Notes: a model not told the origin generated them from the letters alone. 63,080 bases of DNA, filler included, from 4 parts of 4 records of this genome joined end to end with filler, not necessarily neighbours in it; one strand, 5' to 3'; positions 18,619-30,694 are shown, numbered from the whole stretch's first letter. Numbers and translations are program-made.

Positions 18619-20591
18619 TATTGCAGACGTTTATCAATGATTTGACGTAAATCTCTTAATTCAATATTCCCAATAGCTTGTTTGTGCAATTGACCCATAA
18701 TCCAGTTGGCAGCATCTTTTTTCTCTTCTGATTTTCGAATGTCTTTGTATTTTTCAGCTAAAAAATCGATGGGTGCTGCTAGTTCTTCCATGCTTCGCTT
18801 TTTAAATTTTAAGGCTGTAAGCATTGAATTGAATTCCATTTTTGGGTGATCGTACAAAATAGGAAGTAAATATCTTGCAATATTTGGATGTAATTTTTGT
18901 TCGTGAATAAATTTAAAAAGACCTATTAACTTTCGGTTATTGAGTTCGGCATTTGTTCTTTTTTTGCCAATAATGTTTTTAAATGTGTGTCCGAAGAAGA
19001 TAGAAATTCGTTTTGGATCAAATTTAAAACGAGTGTATATTTCTTCGATTACCGGATATAAATTTTTGCTTAAAATAAAATGATAAGCATCTACAGGAAC
19101 TCCCCATTTTACTAATAAATTAATTCTATCTGATGTATCTTGAGGCAGATCTTTTCGTAACTCGTCAATATATGTGTCTGATAGTGGTATTGGTGCAGAA
19201 TCAGTATCAGGATACATTCTGTCAGCGCCAGGTAATACTCTTTCAAAGATAGTTGTACCATCTATTAGAGATTTTCTTGTTTCATTTGGAACACCATCGA
19301 ACACCATCAGGCAACGTTCATCAATAGTTTCTATAGCAGTTTTAACATCTGCTTCGTCACCCCAAATAATTAATTGAGCATCTTCATCAGTTGCCTGTAA
19401 TTCACTTTTTATTTTATTGAAATCATCTTTGGATAATGGAAAATCATCTTGTTCGTTGTGAATCATATTTGGCAACTCCAAACAAGCTATAACCTTTAAT
19501 CTTTGAGATATTTCATTTGCAAATACTTGTCCTGGTTGAGTAAAGTGAGATAATAATCCTTTAAACTTAGCTAAGTTTATGGCAACAATTTTATGCTTTT
19601 TATCTTTGCAATCTATCAGTGGCTGGTAAGAGAAATTGAAATCGTGAATATCCAATTCAGAGTATTTTATTTTCCACTCTTCTTTTGTTATTCTTTCTAA
19701 TAATAGTTTTCGGATATGCAATAAAGCCCATTGACGAAAAGCTTCGTTATGTGACAATTCAGGAATCCATTTGTTATGAGCAACGCCTTTAATTTCAACT
19801 CTGGATCCTCCTCTGCAGCTCACATTAACATCTTCGCGACCAGCTCCCATTCCTGTTCGAACCAATCCAGTACTTCTGTTTAAAAATCGGATGTATTCAG
19901 CGGCTTCGCGGAGTTCGTCCGGAGTATTTAATTCAGGAGCAGTTACCGTTTCAATTAAAGGTGTACCTAATCGATCAGTTTTGTACCATCTTTCATGAGC
20001 AATATCTGCTATTTCACGACAAGAATCTTCTTCGATACTTAGCTGAATGATATTTACCTTTTTATTGCTAAGTTGTATGTGTCCATTAACACCTAGAATT
20101 GCAGTTCTTTGAAAACCGGTAGGAATGCTACCATCAAGATATTGCTTTCGGGTAATGTGCACTTCACCAACTATATTCAATTTGCACATAAGAGATATTT
20201 TTAGAGCAATCCCCAATGCTTCATGATTGATTTTAAAAGGTGGTGTGTCATCTACTTCGTAGGTACAAGCAGTCTCGTTGTTAATTCTGTAAATAATGTT
20301 CTTACGGGTTTTAAATTCCATAAGAGCAGTACCATCGTATCCGCCTAGTTCGCTCATGGCAGGTCGCATGTGGCGAATTACTTCAGCATCGTAATCTTCA
20401 TTTGTCTGGAAAACTCCGCAAGGACAATGGCAAAACAACTTTTCTTTGGTTGCAAGTTGTTGGTGAACTTCTAAACCCGACATAAAGCCAATTCGGCGGT
20501 AATCTTCAGGCTTTGCATACCTGCGATCTACATAGCCAATTTGTTGTCGGGAGAGTTCGTAATTTGAGTTGGGTTTAATCTTTGTACTCAT
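18618..20591 (-). CDS. gatE: Glu-tRNA(Gln) amidotransferase subunit E (archaeal-type)
   Basis: GLEVHQQL..KLFCHCP, RPAMSELG, DGSIPTGFQRT, DRLGTPLIE, LPGADRMYPDTD and the GatE-type AspRS-like insertion; stop overlaps the gatD start (TAATG). Confidence 0.9.
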   Translation of the reverse strand: MSTKIKPNSNYELSRQQIGYVDRRYAKPEDYRRIGFMSGLEVHQQLATKEKLFCHCPCGVFQTNEDYDAEVIRHMRPAMSELGGYDGTALMEFKTRKNIIYRINNETACTYEVDDTPPFKINHEALGIALKISLMCKLNIVGEVHITRKQYLDGSIPTGFQRTAILGVNGHIQLSNKKVNIIQLSIEEDSCREIADIAHERWYKTDRLGTPLIETVTAPELNTPDELREAAEYIRFLNRSTGLVRTGMGAGREDVNVSCRGGSRVEIKGVAHNKWIPELSHNEAFRQWALLHIRKLLLERITKEEWKIKYSELDIHDFNFSYQPLIDCKDKKHKIVAINLAKFKGLLSHFTQPGQVFANEISQRLKVIACLELPNMIHNEQDDFPLSKDDFNKIKSELQATDEDAQLIIWGDEADVKTAIETIDERCLMVFDGVPNETRKSLIDGTTIFERVLPGADRMYPDTDSAPIPLSDTYIDELRKDLPQDTSDRINLLVKWGVPVDAYHFILSKNLYPVIEEIYTRFKFDPKRISIFFGHTFKNIIGKKRTNAELNNRKLIGLFKFIHEQKLHPNIARYLLPILYDHPKMEFNSMLTALKFKKRSMEELAAPIDFLAEKYKDIRKSEEKKDAANWIMGQLHKQAIGNIELRDLRQIIDKRLQ

Positions 20592-20682
20592 TTTGGGCTT
20601 AGGTTATTTTTAACCGTAAAAAGTACAAATTTTAAAAAGTTTAAGAAATGATTTAATTCAGGTTTAATACTTTATAATAAAA

Positions 20683-21174
20683 CTATTGCATGAATGGTAG
20701 TCTTATTTTATAGCCTTTATTCTCGATATCATCGTGGATTTTTTTACCTATAGTCTGTCCCCAAATCATACCTGCCTGCATGCTTTCATTGGTAATTTCG
20801 GGTATTTTTTTAGCAATTCTTTTGCCAGCTTCAGATTCAAAAAAAGCTATCATTGCTCGAACATCTTCATGCGAAAGATTTTTTTTATATACTGGAACAA
20901 TCATTTCCATTAAATCATCAATTGATGTATTTAAAAACTCTTTTTCGGCTTTTTGCCAATATTCAGAAGGAATATTAGATTCCTGCGATTTAAAATGAAT
21001 AATCATTGTTTTTACAGATTGTTCGAAACTAGCAGAGGATCCGTTAATTTGAAAAAGATGCTTAATATCTTTTGTAAAAGCATCATCACCATTTTTATTA
21101 TTGGCATGAGTAACTCCAGAAAAAAATAGTAGAACTAAGGAGACTATGAGAATTGGTTTTAGATTTTTCATCAT
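20683..21174 (-). CDS. DUF2059-like exported protein
   Basis: Signal peptide; VPVYKKNLSHEDVRAMIAFFESEAGKR...GMIWG pattern. Confidence 0.75.
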   Translation of the reverse strand: MMKNLKPILIVSLVLLFFSGVTHANNKNGDDAFTKDIKHLFQINGSSASFEQSVKTMIIHFKSQESNIPSEYWQKAEKEFLNTSIDDLMEMIVPVYKKNLSHEDVRAMIAFFESEAGKRIAKKIPEITNESMQAGMIWGQTIGKKIHDDIENKGYKIRLPFMQ

Positions 21175-21206
21175 TTTGTGATTTGATTGATTACAAAAAT
21201 CAAAAA

Positions 21207-22007
21207 TTATTTCGTTAAATACAATAAATCAGTTATTTGTTTGGTTATTAACTTTCGCATAGCTGCATCCTGTTTAGATTTAATATCCATATTTAGTGCG
21301 AAAAAATAAACATTGTCATTTTTTTCGATGTAACCTACATACCAACCAATTTGACGCTCTACTCTTGCTGCCCAACCAGTTTTGGCTCTAATCGTGTAGT
21401 TGGGATTTTTCTCAACAATCATGATATCTTTTACTATTTCCTGATTTTGTTTTGAAAAAGGTAGTTCATTCAAATAAAGACGTTTTAAAAAATCAATTTG
21501 TTGATTTGCACTTATTCGAATTTCACCATTCAACCAAAAAGTATCAATATTACCTCCTATATTTTTATTTCCATAGTTGGCAGCTTTCACCCAATGTAAC
21601 ATCTTTTCTTCACCAATACGTCTGGCTAATTCCTGATAAAACCAAACTACTGAGTATTTTATTCCAGATTTTAAATCGTGATCTCTATTCCACTCATTTA
21701 CGAAGCGCTTTTTTTCGTCCCATTTAATGATTTCATTCTCATCTGTAATAACTTTGGTTTCCAGGGCAATCATCGAATTAATGATTTTAAAAGTTGAAGC
21801 TGGCAAAAAAACAGAATCTAATCGTACAGAATTATAATCCAATGATTTGTTGTTTTTAAAATCATGAATGATAAAACAACCTATAGTATTTTCTTTCTCA
21901 AAAATCTTTTGAATATCACTTGTTGTGAATCGTTCAAGAACTGATTTTTTCGGAATATCACAACCGATAAATGTTAATAAAATGGATAGAAGGATAATAT
22001 TTCTCAT
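21207..22007 (-). CDS. Class D (OXA-like) beta-lactamase, probable lipoprotein
   Basis: PASTFK, YSVVW, YGN, FWL and KTG motifs; lipobox-like FIGC. ATG at 22007 preferred over the overlapping upstream start. Confidence 0.85.
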   Translation of the reverse strand: MRNIILLSILLTFIGCDIPKKSVLERFTTSDIQKIFEKENTIGCFIIHDFKNNKSLDYNSVRLDSVFLPASTFKIINSMIALETKVITDENEIIKWDEKKRFVNEWNRDHDLKSGIKYSVVWFYQELARRIGEEKMLHWVKAANYGNKNIGGNIDTFWLNGEIRISANQQIDFLKRLYLNELPFSKQNQEIVKDIMIVEKNPNYTIRAKTGWAARVERQIGWYVGYIEKNDNVYFFALNMDIKSKQDAAMRKLITKQITDLLYLTK

Positions 22008-22011
22008 GAAT

Positions 22012-22899
22012 TTAAGCACTTAACAATTGACAATCTTGTTTTTTGTAAATGAACCAAAATAGGATAATAGATGCTAAACAAAGCAAGCTGGCAAGTAATG
22101 ATCCTTCGAAACCAAATTTACCACCAGTAAGTAATTTACTGCCAGTTATGGTTTGAGAAATTAAATTGTCGGTATTTGTTCCGCTAACTTCAAAACCAAA
22201 AATTGGTCCTTGAAAAAAGTTCCAGCTAAAATGTAAAGCCAATGGAAACCATAAGTTTTTTGTGAAAATATAACCAATTCCCAATAAGATTCCAGCAAGG
22301 AAAATATTAGTAACACCTACAATTGAAACGCTTGGATTAAGTAGGTGTAGTATTGTGAAAAATAAGGAAGATAGAATCAAAGCAATGTATCTATTCATTG
22401 AATCCATAAAGTTTGGAAGAATATATCCGCGTACAAACACCTCTTCGTTTACTGATACAAGCGTAAATAAAAATACGGATTGCAATAGACTTGCAAAACT
22501 AAAATGAATTGAATCAATTGTTAGATTACCGTTCGCCCATAAAAGGATTGTACCTAATCCCATCATTATAAATCCTGCAAGTAATCCATAAAGGATATTT
22601 TTAGACTGATTTTTTAGCGAAAATCCTAACTCGATGAATGCTTTTCGATCAATATATTTAGTGAAAATCCAAACAATAAATAAGGTGCCAAGTGTTCCTG
22701 AAAATTGAGTTGTTAGCATCAATCCATCTGACATATTTACATTTTGTAGGCTTTCTAAATTTAGATTTCCGGTAATTGCATTATGCAGAATTAAGCCAAT
22801 TAGCTGAAAAATACCAGTGGCAATAAAGAATGGGATTATAATAAGTAATGCACGTAACCAGCCTTTTTTAATAGCTGGGTTTTGGATTGATTCATTCAT
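22012..22899 (-). CDS. CPBP (Abi/CAAX) family intramembrane glutamic endopeptidase
   Basis: EEVFVRGY, FTILH, HFSWN, GFEG motifs; multiple TM segments. Confidence 0.88.
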   Translation of the reverse strand: MNESIQNPAIKKGWLRALLIIIPFFIATGIFQLIGLILHNAITGNLNLESLQNVNMSDGLMLTTQFSGTLGTLFIVWIFTKYIDRKAFIELGFSLKNQSKNILYGLLAGFIMMGLGTILLWANGNLTIDSIHFSFASLLQSVFLFTLVSVNEEVFVRGYILPNFMDSMNRYIALILSSLFFTILHLLNPSVSIVGVTNIFLAGILLGIGYIFTKNLWFPLALHFSWNFFQGPIFGFEVSGTNTDNLISQTITGSKLLTGGKFGFEGSLLASLLCLASIILFWFIYKKQDCQLLSA

Positions 22900-22956
22900 G
22901 ATTTAGTACATTGATTAGTTATTTGTAAAGTTAACAAAGTATATACATCATTTAAT

Positions 22957-22987
22957 AAAAAAAGCTTGCTTCAAAAGAAGCAAGCTT
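22957..22987 (-). terminator. Intrinsic terminator after gdhA
   Basis: AAGCTTGCTTC-aaaa-GAAGCAAGCTT perfect stem next to an A run (U tract on the minus strand). Confidence 0.75.
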
Positions 22988-23007
22988 AAATTATATTCAA
23001 GAACTAT

Positions 23008-24375
<1,368 letters not shown>

Positions 24376-24584
24376 TTAAGTTAGACATGATTCATTTTGG
24401 GTGTAATTAGAAAGTAGCCTTTTGGATAACTACTTACTCTATTAAAGGTATGAAAGAAATCATTTAAGGTCAAGCTGTTAGATGTCGTTTAATTTTTTTA
24501 AATTTAGAAGAGCCCACAAATAGTACACGAGTCAGGAAAATTGAGCTTTAATTTTTATTGTATCTACGTAAGAAACCCAAAACT

Positions 24585-27500
24585 ATGAGTTCAGAAGTTG
24601 ATAAAAACCCAGGAATCAATAAAATACTAGCCGAAAATATTGAGCGTTTGAAAGAATTGGCTGCAATTAATCAAACTACCGGCATTATTAAAGAAGGAAA
24701 ATCAATAGAAGACACACTTCAGCAAATCTGTTTTATTTTACCGCGTGCCTGGCAATATCCAGAATTTACAGTTGCCAGAATTATTTTTGATGGACAGGAA
24801 TATTTAAGTTCTGGTTTTCGTTTGTCGCAGTGGACAATGACTCAAGAATTTATGAGTATTGATAATAGAAGCGGTAGAATTGAGATATGCTATGTAAAGA
24901 AATTTCCTACTATCGATGAAGGTCCATTCTTGAAAGAAGAGAGGCATTTGGTAGAAAATTTGGCTAATATTATTGTTGGTTATATCAATAGTGAAACGGG
25001 AAAACAATTATTGTCGAGAGTTAAGGAAGATGTTGACGATACTAAAAAAGAAATAGTTGGTCCGTATGTTCCCGTTACCAATAGAAAATTACTCCAGAAC
25101 TTTCTGAATAAAAATAATGCAGATAGAGATATCTATCATGATTTGATGCCTTTTAAGGTGAAAGAAATTTTATTGGTAGCAAACCTGTACGATGCATATT
25201 GTATTGAGAGAGAAGGTAAATTTTCGGAGCAAATTTTAGGTGAGTATCATCAATTAAATTTGACATCAATGCCGAGGGTAACAGGTGTTTCTACACTTGA
25301 GGAAACTATGGAACAGTTGCATACCAAGCATTTTGATATGATTATTTTAATGGTTGGTGTGGATAAGAATACTCCTATTGAATATAGCGAAAGAATTAAA
25401 AAAGAGTTCCCTTACATCTCAATTTTCCTTCTTCTTAACAATGATGCAGATATTGCTCTTTTTGAAGAACAAAGAACCGAATTAACAGGTGTGGATAAAA
25501 TATTCGTGTGGAATGGAGAGTCTCAGGTGTTTTTTGCCATGATAAAATCTTTGGAGGATAAAGTAAATGTTGATAATGATACAAAAATAGGTCTCTCAAG
25601 AGTTATACTGTTAGTTGAAGATTCAGCCAAATATTATTCTAGGTACATGCCGATGTTGTATCAAAGTGTTTTGGCACAAACACAACGAATAATTGATGAT
25701 GTGAGCACTGATGCACAATATAAGATTCTTAGATTAAGAGCACGACCAAAAATACTATTAGCTTCGAATTATGAGGAAGCTATGAATATCTACCATAAGT
25801 TTCGAGAATTTTTACTGTGTTTAATATCTGATGTGAAATTTAAAAAAGAAGGAGTATTCGAAGAAGATGCAGGTATTCAGTTGGTAAAGGAAATAAAAGG
25901 GGTTTATCCCAATTTGCCTGTAATACTGCAATCATCGGATGTTACCAATGCGGCTTTTGCCTTTAAATTGAAATGTAGTTTTATCAATAAGAATTCTGAA
26001 ACATTACGTCATGATATTCGATTGTTTATTCGTCAGTTTTTAGGCTTTGGTGATTTTGTTTACAAGGACGCCGATGGAAATGAAATTGCGACAGCAAAAT
26101 CACTAAAGGAGTTTGAAGAATATTTATATCATATTCCAGCTGAATCTTTGGTTTATCATGCCAATAAAAATCATTTTTCACTTTGGTTAATGGCTCGTGG
26201 AGAGATACGTATTGCTAAAATGATTGCACCATATAACATCAGTGATTTTAAATCGGCTGAAGATGTAAGGGATTATCTGATAAATGTGATTCAAAATTAT
26301 CGAAACGAAAAAAACAAAGGAAAGGTTGTTGAATTCAATACAGATCATATTTTAAATGCTCATAATATTGTCACTCTTTCTACAGGATCATTAGGAGGTA
26401 AGGGGAGAGGACTTGCCTTTATCAATTCTATGCTTTTCAATTTAGATTTAAGCAGGTATGTAAAAGATATCAATATAAAAGCCCCGATGACGGCTGTGAT
26501 TGGTGTGGATGAATATGAATCATTTTTAGATCGAAATAACTTACTGGACAAGACTAAAGAAATATACGATTATAAGGAAGTTCAGCAGTTGTTTTTAGCT
26601 TCAGATCTCACCATTCGTTTGGTTCAAAAAATTCGAATCTTACTTATGAATTTTGATCAACCATTGGCTATTCGATCTTCTGGATTGTTTGAGGATTCGT
26701 TATTACAACCTGTGGCAGGTGTTTTTCAGACGTATTTGGTTCCAAATAATCATCCTGATTTAAACCAACGAGTAAAGCAGGTTACTGATGCTATAAAGCT
26801 AGTTTATGCATCAATTTTCTCCGAAGAATCTCGAGCAAATGTAAATGCTTTAAATTATAAGATTGAAGAAGAAAAAATGGCGGTAGTCATTCAGGAAGTG
26901 GTGGGAAACAGATATAAAGATGCCTTCTATCCGCACATTTCGGGAGTAGCTCAGTCGTATAATTACTATCCTTTTGGGCACATGAAACCTGAGGAAGGAT
27001 ATGCTGTTATAGCTGTTGGCTTGGGTAAATATGTGGTTGATGGAGAAAAAGCATTCCGTTTTTCACCTGTTTTTCCAACCATAGAGAACAATTCGCCTAA
27101 AGATCAGTTTAAGAATTCTCAGGTTGAGTTTTATGCTGTCGATCTTAAGAAGCAGGATATCGATTTAATGGAAGGAGAAACCGCAGGTTTAATTCGATTG
27201 GATATCGATGATGCGGAAGAGCATGGAAATTTAATGCATTGCGCTTCGGTTTATAATTCTGTGAATGATACGATAAGTCCGGGATTGGATGCTTATGGTC
27301 CAAGAATTATCAATTTTGCTAATATTCTAAAGTACGATTATGTTCCATTGGCAAAAACCATCGAAATGGTTCTGGATATTGTAAAAGAAGCTATGGGTTC
27401 GCCAATAGAAATTGAATTTGCTGTTGATTTAAGTAAGGATAAAGATGGCAAGGCTTCTTTTTACTTGTTGCAGATAAAACCTTTAATTGGGAATGTTGAC

Positions 27501-28046
27501 GATTACAATGTGAAATTAGAAGAGGTGGATAGAAATAAGCTTTTGCTTCTATCTGAAATGAGTATGGGAAATGGTTTGGTCGATGATGTGGTGGATGTAA
27601 TTTACATTTCTCCAGATCAATTTCATAAGGACATGACTCTTGATATTGCATCGGTTATTTCATCGGTGAATGAAAAAATGAGGTATCAGAATAAGAATTA
27701 TATTCTTATTGGACCAGGAAGATGGGGAACCCGAGACAGATGGATTGGTATTCCTGTAAAATGGAATGACATTTCCAGCGCCAAACTAATTGTGGAAACC
27801 AGTTTCGAAGATTATCCTCTAGAAGCTTCTTCTGGTTCGCATTTCTTTCACAATGTTACCTCAATGAATATTGGCTATTGCTCTATTCATCATCATTCAG
27901 ATACTTCCTTTGTTGATTACGATTTACTAAGAAAACAAGATTTAGTAGCCGAGTATGGCGCCGTAAAACATATACGATTTAAAAAGCCTTTAACTATTAA
28001 AATGGATGGCAAAAAACGATTGGCAATTGCCAATTGGAACTTTTAA
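24585..28046 (+). CDS. Multidomain PEP/pyruvate-binding (PEP synthase/PPDK N-terminal ATP-grasp) protein with GAF-like and receiver-like domains
   Basis: GSLGGKGRGL, LAIRSSGLFED, MAVVIQEVVG, GLGKYVV, IEIEFA, LLQIKP ATP-grasp motifs; LLVEDS...ISDV...LQSS...FINK receiver; no pyruvate-binding TIM barrel. ATG at 24585. Confidence 0.8.
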   Translation: MSSEVDKNPGINKILAENIERLKELAAINQTTGIIKEGKSIEDTLQQICFILPRAWQYPEFTVARIIFDGQEYLSSGFRLSQWTMTQEFMSIDNRSGRIEICYVKKFPTIDEGPFLKEERHLVENLANIIVGYINSETGKQLLSRVKEDVDDTKKEIVGPYVPVTNRKLLQNFLNKNNADRDIYHDLMPFKVKEILLVANLYDAYCIEREGKFSEQILGEYHQLNLTSMPRVTGVSTLEETMEQLHTKHFDMIILMVGVDKNTPIEYSERIKKEFPYISIFLLLNNDADIALFEEQRTELTGVDKIFVWNGESQVFFAMIKSLEDKVNVDNDTKIGLSRVILLVEDSAKYYSRYMPMLYQSVLAQTQRIIDDVSTDAQYKILRLRARPKILLASNYEEAMNIYHKFREFLLCLISDVKFKKEGVFEEDAGIQLVKEIKGVYPNLPVILQSSDVTNAAFAFKLKCSFINKNSETLRHDIRLFIRQFLGFGDFVYKDADGNEIATAKSLKEFEEYLYHIPAESLVYHANKNHFSLWLMARGEIRIAKMIAPYNISDFKSAEDVRDYLINVIQNYRNEKNKGKVVEFNTDHILNAHNIVTLSTGSLGGKGRGLAFINSMLFNLDLSRYVKDINIKAPMTAVIGVDEYESFLDRNNLLDKTKEIYDYKEVQQLFLASDLTIRLVQKIRILLMNFDQPLAIRSSGLFEDSLLQPVAGVFQTYLVPNNHPDLNQRVKQVTDAIKLVYASIFSEESRANVNALNYKIEEEKMAVVIQEVVGNRYKDAFYPHISGVAQSYNYYPFGHMKPEEGYAVIAVGLGKYVVDGEKAFRFSPVFPTIENNSPKDQFKNSQVEFYAVDLKKQDIDLMEGETAGLIRLDIDDAEEHGNLMHCASVYNSVNDTISPGLDAYGPRIINFANILKYDYVPLAKTIEMVLDIVKEAMGSPIEIEFAVDLSKDKDGKASFYLLQIKPLIGNVDDYNVKLEEVDRNKLLLLSEMSMGNGLVDDVVDVIYISPDQFHKDMTLDIASVISSVNEKMRYQNKNYILIGPGRWGTRDRWIGIPVKWNDISSAKLIVETSFEDYPLEASSGSHFFHNVTSMNIGYCSIHHHSDTSFVDYDLLRKQDLVAEYGAVKHIRFKKPLTIKMDGKKRLAIANWNF

Positions 28047-29287
28047 TCGAATTGAATTGCTTTTGAAGGACTGATTTTTGTAATCAGATATGATGGAATT
28101 AAAAGCATAGAAACAGTCGCAATTAAACTACCAATATTTAAAAGAATAAGGTGACTCATTTTGAGATTGATTGGAACCGTTTCAACGTAATAACTCGTTG
28201 GATCAAGCGGAATGATTTTAAAATAGTGTTGTATCAGGCAAATTGAAATGCCAATTACATTGCCCCAAATCATTCCTTTTCCAATAATCATTGAAGCTTG
28301 GTAAAGGAATACTTTTCGGATGGACCAGTTGGCAGTTCCAAGTGCTTTTAGGATGCCAATCATACTGGTTTTTTCAAGAATAATAATCAGTAATCCTGAT
28401 ATCATATTAAATCCTGCAACTAATATCATTAAACCTAAAATTACCCAAACATTAATGTTTAGCATTTCGAGCCAACTAAAAATTTGAGGATATTTTCTAT
28501 CAATACTTCTTACTTTTAAGCTTGCACCATCATCGGTAAACGTACTTGCAGTACTTTTTCTTATTACTTGAGTAAGATCAGATAATTCATTAAAATCATC
28601 AATGAAAATCTCATATCCACTTACTTCATGATCTTCCCAATCATTCAGTTTTTGAATATGACGCATATCGCAAATCAGAAAAAGTTTATCGAATTCTTCC
28701 ATTCCGGTATTGTAAATTCCGGTAACGATAAATCTTCTTTGTCGAGGTGGCTGTTGAATAAAATATACCGATAATTTATCGCCAATATGTAAATTTAATA
28801 GGGAAGATAATTTTTCAGAGATTAAAATGTCATTACTTTTTATGCTATTGGAAAGTTGAATGGTATCTCCAGCAATTAGGTGCTTTTTAAAAAAACTCCA
28901 ATCATAATCATTGGCAACCCCGTTTAAAACAATTCCTTGAATATCCGATTTTGTTTTTAAAATTCCGGGTTTTGTAGCAAAGGTTTGTATGTGCTTAACT
29001 CCCTCAATGTTTTCAATTGATCTGATATCTATTACATTCTTATCTATTGGTTGAGTTTCGAAAGAAGAATTATTATCGTAATTGGTAATCTGAATGTGAG
29101 AACCAAAACCAATCACTTTATTCGTAATCTCCGACTTAAAACCTGTAACAATAGCAACAGCTAAAATCATTACACAGATCCCAAGAGAAATACTAACTTT
29201 AGCAATACTTATAATAGGATGAGAAATGTTTTTTTCTCCCTTTTCAGCAGATGTAATCTTTTTGGCTATAAATAGTTCTAGGTTCAA
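28043..29287 (-). CDS. LolC/E-like (FtsX-family) ABC transporter permease
   Basis: AIVTGFKSEI, LEKTSMIGILKALG, YYVETVP, ISPSKAIQFD. Confidence 0.85.
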   Translation of the reverse strand: MNLELFIAKKITSAEKGEKNISHPIISIAKVSISLGICVMILAVAIVTGFKSEITNKVIGFGSHIQITNYDNNSSFETQPIDKNVIDIRSIENIEGVKHIQTFATKPGILKTKSDIQGIVLNGVANDYDWSFFKKHLIAGDTIQLSNSIKSNDILISEKLSSLLNLHIGDKLSVYFIQQPPRQRRFIVTGIYNTGMEEFDKLFLICDMRHIQKLNDWEDHEVSGYEIFIDDFNELSDLTQVIRKSTASTFTDDGASLKVRSIDRKYPQIFSWLEMLNINVWVILGLMILVAGFNMISGLLIIILEKTSMIGILKALGTANWSIRKVFLYQASMIIGKGMIWGNVIGISICLIQHYFKIIPLDPTSYYVETVPINLKMSHLILLNIGSLIATVSMLLIPSYLITKISPSKAIQFD

Positions 29288-29358
29288 ATTGAAGTTATTT
29301 TTGTTGAGAATAAGACAAAAGTAGTAATTTCATGTTAACCTAATGGAAAATTCGTAAA

Positions 29359-30558
29359 ATGAAGACTTTTTTAAGATGCAATTTGTTTGCTTTATTATTG
29401 TTATTGAACTCTTTTGCTAACGGCTGTGCTGTGGAATCCGAGAAAAGGATTGAGTGTGGTGCCGATAATATTGAAGAATATTTGCCTTTATTGAAAGGTA
29501 AAAAAATTGCAGTTGTAGCAAATCCATCATCTTTAATAAAGGATGTGCATTTAGTAGATTATTTAATTGATCAAAAAATAAAAATCAAAAAAATATTTAG
29601 TCCGGAACATGGTTTTAGAGGGAAAGCTGATGCTGGAGAGAAAATTAAAAATGCTAAAGATAAATTAACAGGAATTCAAATTGTATCGCTATATGGTAAG
29701 CATTTTAAACCATCAATTTCAGATGTTAGAGGCATTGATGTGATGCTCTTCGATCTGCAGGATGTTGGCGTGCGTTTTTATACCTACATATCTACTTTAC
29801 ATTACGTAATGGAGATTTGTGCCGAACAAAATATTCCTTTAATTGTACTGGATAGACCTAATCCTAATGCACATTATATCGATGGACCAGTTTTAGATAT
29901 GCAACATTCTTCTTTTGTAGGAATGCACCCTGTACCCGTTGTATATGGTATGACTATTGGCGAATATGCCAAAATGATTAATGGAGAAAAATGGTTGAAA
30001 AACGGTGTTCAGTGCGACTTAAAGGTAATTGCTTGTAAAAATTGGAGCCGTGATCAGGTATACCATTTGCCAGTTAAACCTTCTCCTAATTTACCAAATT
30101 CATTGTCAATTACACTATATCCATCTTTGTGTTTTTTCGAGGGGACATCGGTTAGTGCGGGTCGTGGAACCGATCATCCATTTCAATGTTATGGTCATCC
30201 ACTAATGAAAGAATCTGATTTTACTTTTACACCCAGAAGTATATCTGGGGCAAGTAAATATCCAAAATTTAAAGGTGAAAAATGCAATGGATTTGATTTG
30301 CGATTGGTGAATGAAGATACTTTTAGAAATAGGAAGAAATTGGATTTGTCTTTTTTAATGACTGCCTATTCGCAATTAAAAGAAAAAGAAAAGTTTTTCA
30401 ATGCTTTTTTTAGAAATTTAGCAGGATCAAATCAGTTAAGACAACAGCTTGAAAATGGAGTTTCTGAAGAGAAAATAAGGAAAAGCTGGAATGAAGATTT
30501 GAACAATTTTAGAGTTATAAGGAGCAAGTATCTTATTTACCCTGAGGTGAAAAAATAG
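29359..30558 (+). CDS. DUF1343 / NamZ-like exo-beta-N-acetylmuramidase
   Basis: FSPEHGFRG, SLYG, FDLQDVGVRFYTYISTL, LDRPNPN, YGMTIGE, PSPNLP, GRGT. Confidence 0.88.
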   Translation: MKTFLRCNLFALLLLLNSFANGCAVESEKRIECGADNIEEYLPLLKGKKIAVVANPSSLIKDVHLVDYLIDQKIKIKKIFSPEHGFRGKADAGEKIKNAKDKLTGIQIVSLYGKHFKPSISDVRGIDVMLFDLQDVGVRFYTYISTLHYVMEICAEQNIPLIVLDRPNPNAHYIDGPVLDMQHSSFVGMHPVPVVYGMTIGEYAKMINGEKWLKNGVQCDLKVIACKNWSRDQVYHLPVKPSPNLPNSLSITLYPSLCFFEGTSVSAGRGTDHPFQCYGHPLMKESDFTFTPRSISGASKYPKFKGEKCNGFDLRLVNEDTFRNRKKLDLSFLMTAYSQLKEKEKFFNAFFRNLAGSNQLRQQLENGVSEEKIRKSWNEDLNNFRVIRSKYLIYPEVKK

Positions 30559-30694
30559 ATTGGAATTTGATTTATACCTATTGTTTTAAACAGTGATTAG
30601 AATGATAAGATTAGTAAAATTCAGATCTAATAATTTAGAATTTTTCAAAATAATCGGTAAATTTAAGGGAGTAACAACCGAAAACTGAAAGAAA

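Noticed and set aside
24585-28046. Annotation as a true phosphoenolpyruvate synthase (ppsA)
   Set aside because: The C-terminal PEP/pyruvate-binding barrel is absent and regulatory domains are fused instead.
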